47,454 nucleotides of DNA from Candidatus Woesearchaeota archaeon. GTDB lineage: Archaea > Nanobdellota > Nanobdellia > Pacearchaeales > GW2011-AR1. Both the position numbers and the translations under genes were made by a program. This document shows positions 27,501 through 35,659 of the stretch, piece by piece (the stretch's first letter is position 1; every line of letters starts with the position of its first letter). A model generated the notes under the pieces. That model was given only the letters and a program-made list of their open reading frames with translations, did not search any database and was not told where the DNA came from. The stretch is taken from contig CAYTGG010000004.1 of assembly GCA_964437455.1 (NCBI GenBank), forward strand, positions 1 through 47,454. The letters run 5' to 3'.

Positions 27501-27980
27501 ATGAATAAAACAAGAAAAATATTGATAGCAGAAGGAGTCTTTGTGTTAGGAGTCTTTGTGTATATTTTCTTATTTGCAAATCCAAGTCAAATTTATCCTT
27601 TACAGGGAATGATAATAAAAGAACCTGACCTTAATTTTGAATTTAAAAACGCAGAAGAAATTTTAATATCAACTGATAAAAACTTTGTTAATCAGATTAT
27701 TCTAAAAAAGAATGAAGAAATTTTATTAGAACCAGGAATTTATTTTTGGAAAGTTAGAAATAAATTAAAAGAAAGTGAAATAAGAAATTTTACAATTGAG
27801 GAAGTAGTTGCTATAAATCTTAAAGAAACAGGAGAATTTTATGAACTTCAAAATGTAGGCACAGTAAATTTAAACATTACTAAGATAGGAGAAAGAAATA
27901 TTACTGACATAACTATAGATATTGGAGATTCTGAATTTTTTGAAAAAGATAATTCCACATATGAAGGGAGGATGAAATGA
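27501..27980 (+). CDS. Membrane-anchored small beta-sandwich protein
   Basis: N-terminal TM helix, LEPGIYFWKV, LQNVGTVNLNI. Confidence 0.75.
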   Translation: MNKTRKILIAEGVFVLGVFVYIFLFANPSQIYPLQGMIIKEPDLNFEFKNAEEILISTDKNFVNQIILKKNEEILLEPGIYFWKVRNKLKESEIRNFTIEEVVAINLKETGEFYELQNVGTVNLNITKIGERNITDITIDIGDSEFFEKDNSTYEGRMK

Positions 27981-29179
27981 TATATAAAAATAAATTTTAT
28001 AATTTGGTATTCTTGGCAATAATTCTTTTATTTTTAATTTCTCCACAAATATCTGCTTTAGGAATTTCTCCTGGAAGAACTACTATTGATTTTGAGCCAG
28101 GATTGGAAAAGACAATAAAAGTAAATGTAGTTAATACAGAAAATAAAGAAATGGGAGTTGTTTTGTATGCTAAAGGAGAATTAAAAGATATAATAACTTT
28201 TTCAGAGGACACTCTGCTCTTTTCAGCAGATGAGAAAGAAAAAACTTTTACTTATTCTTTAAAACTTCCAGAATCTATGAGCCGTCCTGGTCTTTATACA
28301 GGAGAAATAATCGCTTTAGAAGTTCCTCCTGAAGGAGTAAAAGAAGGAGCAGTTATAGGAGCAACAGTTGCTGTAACAACTCAGCTTTATGTTAATGTTC
28401 CTTATCCTGGAAAATATATAGAATTTGATCTGGATATATTAGAAAAAGAAGGAGAAGTTTCTTTTTATATTCCTGTAATTAACAAAGGAGAAGAAGATAT
28501 AAATGAATTAGGAAGTTCCATAGAGATTTATTCAGGAACAGATAAAATAAAAGAAATAGATTTAGAGAAAATATCTATAGAATCTGAAAAAAGAGAAGAG
28601 TTAATTGCTAAATGGGCAGATGCAACTCCTGGAAATTATCTAGCAAAATTAATTTTAAATTATGATAGTGAAGAAGAAATTCTCGAGAAGAATTTCAAGG
28701 TAGGAAATGTAAAAATAGAAATTCTTTCTATAACAGTTGATGATTTTTCTTTAGGAGAGATAGCAAAGTTTAATATTCTTGTTGAAAATAAATGGAGAGA
28801 AGAAATAAAAGATGTGTCAGTTAATATGATTATTTATGGAAATTCAGGAGAAACAATAGCTGATTTTACTACTGCAAATTATAATCTTCTTGCTTCTGAT
28901 AGAGTAAATATGAATTCTTATTGGGATACAGAGAATGTAAATGAGAATATTTATGATGGAAAATTAACTTTAAGATATGAAAATGAGGAAGAAAGTAGAA
29001 ATATAAGAATTAAAGTTACAAAAGACAGCATTGAAGTTCTTGGACTTACAGGTTATGTAATAGATGAGGGAGGAGGAGAACTTAATTTAGTTAATTTGTT
29101 ATTAATAATAGTGGGATTATTAGTAATAGCCAATATAATCTGGTTTGTTGTAGTCAAAAAACTGAAGAATAAAAAATAG
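27977..29179 (+). CDS. Secreted three-domain Ig-like protein with C-terminal TM anchor (paralog 1)
   Basis: ISA|LGISP, FEPGL, RPG, VPYPGKY, INKG, C-terminal TM helix and basic tail. Confidence 0.8.
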   Translation: MIYKNKFYNLVFLAIILLFLISPQISALGISPGRTTIDFEPGLEKTIKVNVVNTENKEMGVVLYAKGELKDIITFSEDTLLFSADEKEKTFTYSLKLPESMSRPGLYTGEIIALEVPPEGVKEGAVIGATVAVTTQLYVNVPYPGKYIEFDLDILEKEGEVSFYIPVINKGEEDINELGSSIEIYSGTDKIKEIDLEKISIESEKREELIAKWADATPGNYLAKLILNYDSEEEILEKNFKVGNVKIEILSITVDDFSLGEIAKFNILVENKWREEIKDVSVNMIIYGNSGETIADFTTANYNLLASDRVNMNSYWDTENVNENIYDGKLTLRYENEEESRNIRIKVTKDSIEVLGLTGYVIDEGGGELNLVNLLLIIVGLLVIANIIWFVVVKKLKNKK

Positions 29180-29278
29180 GAATTTATAATATTTAAGGAT
29201 AAAGTCATAATACTTATATACTAAAAAACTATTATTAAAGAAAGATAAAACTAATAAACTAAAAAATATTATATAAAT

Positions 29279-29458
29279 ATGGACTTTAAGAAAAAGAGGA
29301 AGAAAATTTTAATTTTTTTGATAATAGCTATTTTATTAGGAACTTTCTTCTTTTTAGAATATTATTTTGATTTTCTGGAATTTCAGAATTCAAGTGGTGA
29401 AAACAGTAAAAATTCAGGAAATATAAATTTAAAAATCCTGCCTCCTTCAGATAATTAG
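29279..29458 (+). CDS. 59-aa membrane peptide ending in a putative donor-strand motif (not in ORF track)
   Basis: MDFKKKRKK + TM helix + linker + SGNINLKILPP; stop 3 nt before ATG 29462. Confidence 0.7.
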   Translation: MDFKKKRKKILIFLIIAILLGTFFFLEYYFDFLEFQNSSGENSKNSGNINLKILPPSDN

Positions 29459-29461
29459 AAT

Positions 29462-30046
29462 ATGGAAAAAACTGATATAGCTTTAATTGCAATAATTCTT
29501 CTAAGTAGTTTTCTTTTAGTTTTATTTTTTGGAATAAAATTTACTGGTTATCATCAACAAATAGGCTCAGCTAATGTTACTGTTGTATCTAAAGCTAGCA
29601 TAAATTTCACTTTGGATAATGTTAATTGGGGTGTTGGAGCTGTTGATGCAGGAGAAATAAATGCACATCTTGATACAGAAGGAAACATACTAGATGGAAA
29701 TTGGACTAATGTTTATCAAGGATTAGTTTTAAGAAATGAAGGAAACTGTAATGTAACTGTTAATCTATCTACTGATACTGCTGCTACATTTCTTGGAGGC
29801 TCAGCTGGAGGAGGTCCTAGTTATAAATTAAAAATCTCAGATAATGAGACAGGCTCTTGCGCTACAGGATATAATGAAATGTCAACTTATACAGAAACTT
29901 CAGGTTCAGCTCAGGATGCTTGTTTAAACTTTAGTTATGAGGACTCAAGAGATCAATTGAATATAGATATAAACATTACAATTCCTAGAGATGTTGTGCC
30001 TGGAGAAAAAGGCACTTTAATTACTGCATATGCAGGTGTGGTATAA
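29462..30046 (+). CDS. Putative fibre/pilin-like subunit
   Basis: TM helix + FTG + GSANVTV, VNWG, LVLRNEGNC, Cys pair, ITIPRDVVPGEKGTLITA; Gly/Ala/Asn/Thr-rich and Lys-poor. Confidence 0.65.
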   Translation: MEKTDIALIAIILLSSFLLVLFFGIKFTGYHQQIGSANVTVVSKASINFTLDNVNWGVGAVDAGEINAHLDTEGNILDGNWTNVYQGLVLRNEGNCNVTVNLSTDTAATFLGGSAGGGPSYKLKISDNETGSCATGYNEMSTYTETSGSAQDACLNFSYEDSRDQLNIDINITIPRDVVPGEKGTLITAYAGVV

Positions 30047-30196
30047 TTTCTGTAAGAAAAATATAAAAATTATAATTGTACGCAATAATAAAATAATTTC
30101 TGAATATTAAATAGCAACTTATAAAAATAAAATTATTTTTGTTTAATATAAAGAGAATAATATAAAAATAGGGAAATGCTTATAAAATATTATAAA

Positions 30197-31432
30197 ATGT
30201 TATTAAAAGAAAAAAGAAGTGGAATTTATTTACTTTCTTTTATTTATTTTGTTTTCTTACTGGGAAATCTATCTGCTTTAGGAATAAGTCCTGCTATTGA
30301 AGAATATAATTTTGAGCCAGGATTAAAAGGAAGTATTAATTTTATAATCACAGATACAAAATATGGAAAAGAATATTCAATTTATCCTGAAGGAGATCTT
30401 TCAGAGTATTTTCATATAGATAAAGAAAGAATAAAAAGAGATGATAAAATTAATGTAAAATTTGAACTTCCTTATGCAATTGATAGGCCTGGAAAACATA
30501 GAGTAAAAATAGTAGTAGAAGAAAAAAGAGATGAAGAAATTGTAGGAACAGGAATAGGAACGACTATAACTCTGTTTGCTGCGATTGATATATTTGTTCC
30601 TTATCCTGGAAAGTATGTAGAAGTTCTTTTAACTTCTCCTGATGTTAATGTTGGAGAACTCTTAACTTTTAATTTAGATATTATAAACAAAGGAAAAGAA
30701 AAAGTTAATATTACTCCTATTATAGAGATTTATTCTCAGAAAAATGACGAGAAATTAGAAGTTCTAAATTTCAAAAATAGAATATTAGAATCTCAGAAGA
30801 GAATTGAACTAAAGAAAATTATGAATACTACAAATTTTAATCCTGGTAAATATAAAGCAATAGCAGTTGTAGAATATGGAGAAAATAAGATTGCTAAATC
30901 AGAAAATGAATTTAGATTAGGAGAATTAATCATTTATATAACTGACTATACAAAAAAAATAATTCTTGGAGGTCTTAAGAAATTTGATATTTTTATTGAG
31001 AGTGGATGGAATAATGAAATTGAGGGAGTTTATGCAGATGTTTTAATTTTAGATAAATCAAATAAAAAACTTCTAGAGGAATTTAAAACTTCATCTACTA
31101 ATCTAATTCCTTGGGAGGAAAAAGTTATATCAGGATTCTTTGAGACTTCTAATTTCTCAGAAGGATTTTATGATGCAAATATATCTTTAATTTATTATGG
31201 AGGAGAAGTAGGAAAATCCTCAAGTGAAATAGTAGAAATTGAATTTGTCAAGCCTTCTTCTAAAATTCTTTTAATAATTTCTATAATTTCTGGAGGATTA
31301 TTCTTGTTAGTAATAATATTTATATTAATAAAAAAGGGATTTATAAAAAGAGATTCTATAAATAAAATTAAAAAATTTCTTAAGGAATTTATTAAAAATG
31401 AAAAAGAGAAAAAAAATAAGAAGAGAAATTAA
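30197..31432 (+). CDS. Secreted three-domain Ig-like protein with C-terminal TM anchor (paralog 2)
   Basis: LSA|LGISP, FEPGL, RPG, VPYPGKY, INKG shared with 27977 ORF; start 30176 or 30197. Confidence 0.8.
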   Translation: MLLKEKRSGIYLLSFIYFVFLLGNLSALGISPAIEEYNFEPGLKGSINFIITDTKYGKEYSIYPEGDLSEYFHIDKERIKRDDKINVKFELPYAIDRPGKHRVKIVVEEKRDEEIVGTGIGTTITLFAAIDIFVPYPGKYVEVLLTSPDVNVGELLTFNLDIINKGKEKVNITPIIEIYSQKNDEKLEVLNFKNRILESQKRIELKKIMNTTNFNPGKYKAIAVVEYGENKIAKSENEFRLGELIIYITDYTKKIILGGLKKFDIFIESGWNNEIEGVYADVLILDKSNKKLLEEFKTSSTNLIPWEEKVISGFFETSNFSEGFYDANISLIYYGGEVGKSSSEIVEIEFVKPSSKILLIISIISGGLFLLVIIFILIKKGFIKRDSINKIKKFLKEFIKNEKEKKNKKRN

Positions 31433-31832
31433 ATTTGTTTATTTTTTATTAATAATTTCTCTGTTTGTTTTTATTTTATATCTTCTTCTTAATCTAAACT
31501 CAGAAATTATTTATCAGAAAGTAATACCTATGAAATTGAATATTGGAGAAATTGCAGGCTTTGATGTTAATAATACAATTTTAACATTTGGAACAGTTAC
31601 TCCTCTTTCTAGTTCAAGAAGGCAATTAAAATTAGAGAATAATTATCCTTTTCCAATACAATTTAGATTTTATGCAGAAGGAAACATAAGCAATTTTCTT
31701 GTCTTTAAGAAGAAAGTATATCTGAATTCTGGAAAAAGTAGAGATTTTGATATAGTTGCTTTCAGTAATAATGAAACTTCAGGAGAATATTCTGGAAATT
31801 TCATAATCACAGCGAGAAGATTTTTTGGTTAA
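31398..31832 (+). CDS. Membrane-anchored single beta-sandwich protein
   Basis: TM helix, LTFGTVTP, LKLEN, SGEYSGNFII. Confidence 0.75.
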   Translation: MKKRKKIRREIKFVYFLLIISLFVFILYLLLNLNSEIIYQKVIPMKLNIGEIAGFDVNNTILTFGTVTPLSSSRRQLKLENNYPFPIQFRFYAEGNISNFLVFKKKVYLNSGKSRDFDIVAFSNNETSGEYSGNFIITARRFFG

Positions 31833-31882
31833 ATTAAACTTATCTTAGAAAGAAATTTAAACAATCAAAACAAATTATAATT

Positions 31883-32923
31883 ATGAAAAGAGGAAAAATA
31901 TATCTTTTAATTCTTATTGTAATAGCAATAATCTCTTTTTCTTTTTATTCTTTAATCATTAAAGAGTCTTTTTATACAGCAAAAACTACAGATAGTGGAA
32001 ATGTTAATTTAACAGTGATGCATAATCCTTATTGTGGAGATGGTACTTGTGATTCAGGAGAAAGTTGCTCTTCTTGTCCTTCTGATTGTGGAGTCTGTGA
32101 AGAAGAGGAAGAAGAGGAAGGTGGAGGAGGAGGTGGAGGAGGAGTAGTTGGAGGAGGTGGAGATATTAGTGACTCAGAATATTTTACAGTAGATAAAGAG
32201 CTTATTAAAACTGTTATGAGAGTAGGAGATGTACTAAAAGTTTCTTTGAGAATTAATAGTGAATATGGTTCTTCTTTAGATTTTGGACTTGAGACAGATA
32301 TGGGAAAGTATCTATCTATATCTGATCAGAATTTTACTTTAGGTCCTAATAAACAAAAAGAAGTTTTTTTAATTTTCTATACATCTTCTAAAACAGAACC
32401 AGGAGTTTATGTGGGAAAACTTAAAGTTGTGACAAATAAAAAAACAGTAGAAATTCCAATTATACTTGAAATCGAGACCAGAGAAGTTATTTTTGATGTT
32501 AGTTTGAATATACCTATAGCATATAAAATAGTTTATCCTGGAGATATTGTTATTCTACAATTTACAATTTTTAATTTAGGTAAAGTAGGAAAAGTAGATG
32601 TAAATATTGATTATTTTATAAAAGATTTTGAAGGAAACACTCTTGTGTCTAGTCAAGATATAATGTCTGTTGAGGATAAGACCTCTTTCTCTAGAACTAT
32701 AAGACTTCCTTATGAATTAGATCCAAAGAGTTATGTTGCTATAGCACAAGTTAGATATGATGCATTTGTAGGAACTTCTTCTGATACTTTTGAAGTAGAA
32801 AGGAGAAAAGGTTTTATTCCTTATTATATATTGTTATCTCTTTTGATATTTCTTCTTGTACTTTTAATTAGAAAATTGATTCAACTTGCTAAGAAATACA
32901 AAACTGAAAAAGAGATTGAATAA
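31883..32923 (+). CDS. Surface protein with Cys-rich repeat, poly-E/poly-G linker, Ig-like domains and C-terminal TM helix
   Basis: DSGNVNLTV, CGDGTCDSGESCSSCPSDCG, E7 followed by poly-G, EPGVYVGKL. Confidence 0.8.
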   Translation: MKRGKIYLLILIVIAIISFSFYSLIIKESFYTAKTTDSGNVNLTVMHNPYCGDGTCDSGESCSSCPSDCGVCEEEEEEEGGGGGGGGVVGGGGDISDSEYFTVDKELIKTVMRVGDVLKVSLRINSEYGSSLDFGLETDMGKYLSISDQNFTLGPNKQKEVFLIFYTSSKTEPGVYVGKLKVVTNKKTVEIPIILEIETREVIFDVSLNIPIAYKIVYPGDIVILQFTIFNLGKVGKVDVNIDYFIKDFEGNTLVSSQDIMSVEDKTSFSRTIRLPYELDPKSYVAIAQVRYDAFVGTSSDTFEVERRKGFIPYYILLSLLIFLLVLLIRKLIQLAKKYKTEKEIE

Positions 32924-32926
32924 AAT

Positions 32927-33208
32927 TTAACATAAATTATCTGTTTCATTTAGATTTCTTGGATCTCTCCAATCTTCGCTGTGTTGAATTATAGCACCAG
33001 TAGGATTCATAAATAATAACTCTTTTTCTTTACAAATTATATAATAATCTTCACAGAAATTAGTTTTATTACATATAGCTTTTGTATAAGAATGAGTATA
33101 AAAATTTTCAGAAGAGATATTGAAAAATTTAAAATTTAGATACAATCCAATAATTGATAAAAGAAATATTAAAAGCAGAATTATTATTTTAATCTCTTCT
33201 TTCTTCAT
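32927..33208 (-). CDS. Small membrane-anchored Cys-containing protein
   Basis: TM helix followed by SYTKAICNKTNFCEDYYIIC. Confidence 0.7.
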   Translation of the reverse strand: MKKEEIKIIILLLIFLLSIIGLYLNFKFFNISSENFYTHSYTKAICNKTNFCEDYYIICKEKELLFMNPTGAIIQHSEDWRDPRNLNETDNLC

Positions 33209-33482
33209 TTTTTTAAATATTTAAAGTATTTTTTAAATATTTAGAGTGTTTTTTATATTGTTTTAATTATATAAAAATTTCCTAAATTCTATAAAAATTA
33301 TAAAAGAAGAAAAAATTAGAGACAATGAAAGAATAATTAAATTTTTTTATTTTACCGACGATAAAATGGGAGAAAGCTTTATAAACTAATTCAACTTTTT
33401 TATTCTATATAATCAAATTAAGAGAGATTCTTTTCATTTCTCTTTTGAATTAAGTCAATAATAATTAAAGAAATGATATAAA

Positions 33483-35369
33483 ATGGATAAAAGTGAGTAT
33501 AATGCAGAGGCAATTAGAGTTTTAGAAGGTTTAGAAGGAGTTAGACAACGTCCTGCTATGTATATTGGAGGAACAGGTAAAGAGGGATTACATCATTTAG
33601 TTTATGAAGTAGTTGATAATTCTGTAGACGAAGCTCTTTCAGGATGCTGTAAGAAAATAAAAGTTTCTTTAAATAAAGATGGTTCAGTTACTTGTGAAGA
33701 TGATGGAAGAGGAATTCCTGTTGATATTAACCAAACTTACAAAATTCCAGCAGTGCAATTAGCTCTGACAAAACTTCATGCAGGAGGAAAATTTGACAAG
33801 AAATCTTATCTTATTTCAGGAGGTCTTCACGGAGTTGGAATATCTGTTGTTAATGCTTTATCTAAAAAGTTAATAATTGAAATAAAAAGAAATAGACATA
33901 TCTATAGACAAGAATACTCAAAAGGTTTAGTAAAAACTAAATTAAAGATAGTTGAAAGTTGTGATGAAAATGATACAGGAACAAAAGTTATATTCTGGCC
34001 TGATGAGACAATTTTTTCTGAAGTAGATTTTGATTATAAAGTTCTTGAAACGAGATTTAGAGAAATAGCTTTTCTAAATTCTGGATTAAAAATTACTCTT
34101 ATAGATGAAGAAAAAAATAAGAAAAAAGAATTTTTCTCATCAGGAGGTCTTATAGAATTTGTAAGATGGCTTAATGATTCCAAGGAGATTTTGCACAAAC
34201 CTATTTATTTTAAAAGAAGCGTTGATGGAACTTTAATTGAAGTTGCTATTCAATATAATTCAGGATATCGGGAAAATATTTTTGGATTTGTTAATACTAT
34301 AAATACAGTTGAAGGAGGAACTCATATTTATGGTTTTAAAACAGCTTTAACAAGAGTAATTAATGATTATATGAAAAAAAACGAAAATAATAAAATTTCA
34401 GTTTCTGGAGAAGATGTTAGAGAAGGTCTAACTGCCATAGTAAATATAAAAATACCTAATCCTCAGTTTGAAGGACAAACCAAAACAAAATTAGGAAATA
34501 GTGAAATAAAGGGATTTGTTGATTCTATTGTGACTTCTGCACTTTCAGAATTTTTTGAAGAGAATCCTTCTATAGTAAAAAAAATTCTTTCAAAAGCATC
34601 AGATTCCGCAAAAGCAAGATTAGCTGCAAAAAAAGCAAAAGAACTTGTAAGAAGGAAAACAAGCTTTTCATTGACAGGTTTGCCAGGAAAATTAGCTGAT
34701 TGTTCTTCTAAAAAAACAGATAGAACAGAACTTTATCTTGTAGAGGGAGAAAGCGCAGCAGGTTCAAGTAAAGCAGGAAGAGATAGAGAAACTCAGGCAA
34801 TTTTAGCTTTAAAAGGGAAAATCATTAATGTAGAGAAATCAAGTCAAACTAAAGTTCTTTCAAATGAAGAAGTAACCAATATAATAACTGCTGTAGGAAC
34901 TGGAATAGGAGAACAATTTGATATAAATAAATTAAGATATAGTAAAGTAATCATAATGACAGATGCTGATGTTGATGGAGAACATATAAAAACTCTTTTA
35001 TTAACTTTTTTTTATAGATTTATGCCTGAATTAGTTAAGCAAGGAAAAGTTTATGCGGCTGTGCCTCCTTTGTATAGAATAAGAAAAAATAAAGATATTT
35101 ATGTTTATTCAGATAAAGAATTAAAAAAGGTTCTAGAAAGATTGAATGTAAAAGATGGAAGAATTACTAGATTTAAGGGTTTAGGTGAAATGAGCTCTAA
35201 ACAATTATGGGAAACTACTATGAATCCAAAATCTAGAAAAATAAATAGAATCTATGTTGAGGATGCTGTAGAAGCTGATAGAACTTTTATTATGCTTATG
35301 GGAAATGATATTCCAGCAAGAAAAGCATTTATACAAGAAAATGCAAAGGAGGCTAAATTAGATATATAA
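33483..35369 (+). CDS. gyrB: DNA gyrase subunit B
   Basis: LEGLEGVRQRPAMYIG, EVVDNSVDE, DDGRGIP, LHAGGKF, VEGESA, TDADVDGEHI, RFKGLGEM. Confidence 0.97.
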   Translation: MDKSEYNAEAIRVLEGLEGVRQRPAMYIGGTGKEGLHHLVYEVVDNSVDEALSGCCKKIKVSLNKDGSVTCEDDGRGIPVDINQTYKIPAVQLALTKLHAGGKFDKKSYLISGGLHGVGISVVNALSKKLIIEIKRNRHIYRQEYSKGLVKTKLKIVESCDENDTGTKVIFWPDETIFSEVDFDYKVLETRFREIAFLNSGLKITLIDEEKNKKKEFFSSGGLIEFVRWLNDSKEILHKPIYFKRSVDGTLIEVAIQYNSGYRENIFGFVNTINTVEGGTHIYGFKTALTRVINDYMKKNENNKISVSGEDVREGLTAIVNIKIPNPQFEGQTKTKLGNSEIKGFVDSIVTSALSEFFEENPSIVKKILSKASDSAKARLAAKKAKELVRRKTSFSLTGLPGKLADCSSKKTDRTELYLVEGESAAGSSKAGRDRETQAILALKGKIINVEKSSQTKVLSNEEVTNIITAVGTGIGEQFDINKLRYSKVIIMTDADVDGEHIKTLLLTFFYRFMPELVKQGKVYAAVPPLYRIRKNKDIYVYSDKELKKVLERLNVKDGRITRFKGLGEMSSKQLWETTMNPKSRKINRIYVEDAVEADRTFIMLMGNDIPARKAFIQENAKEAKLDI

Positions 35370-35370
35370 A

Positions 35371-35658
35371 ATGCCTAAAAGAAGCAAAATAAAAACACCG
35401 GATTGGATTTTGAATGAGAAAGCTCCAAAAAAAGAAAGTAAAAAAGAAAAGGTCTTTAGAATTAAATTATGTCCAAAATGTAAAAGTGATAATGTAAAAA
35501 TTATATTAAGTGGAATGAATTCTGAAGAGCAGTCAAATACAGGAAAAGAATGGAAATGTGATAATTGTGGATGGAAGGGAAAGGAAATTATTGAAAAAGA
35601 GCTTAGCGAAGAGGAATTTTTGAAATATTTAGATGAAAAAGGAGAGAAAGTTAATTAA
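35371..35658 (+). CDS. Zinc-ribbon protein between gyrB and gyrA
   Basis: CPKC...WKCDNCGW; 1-nt gaps to both neighbours. Confidence 0.8.
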   Translation: MPKRSKIKTPDWILNEKAPKKESKKEKVFRIKLCPKCKSDNVKIILSGMNSEEQSNTGKEWKCDNCGWKGKEIIEKELSEEEFLKYLDEKGEKVN

Positions 35659-35659
35659 A

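Noticed and set aside
25702-32923. Type IV pilus / archaellum locus
   Set aside because: No class III signal peptide pattern, secretion ATPase or TadC-like platform gene is recognisable.
35633-35659. Upstream starts in the ORF track (gyrA 35633, kae1 18236, aIF2g 44113, L7Ae 19654)
   Set aside because: They overlap neighbouring genes, promoters or leader structure; homology begins at downstream ATGs.
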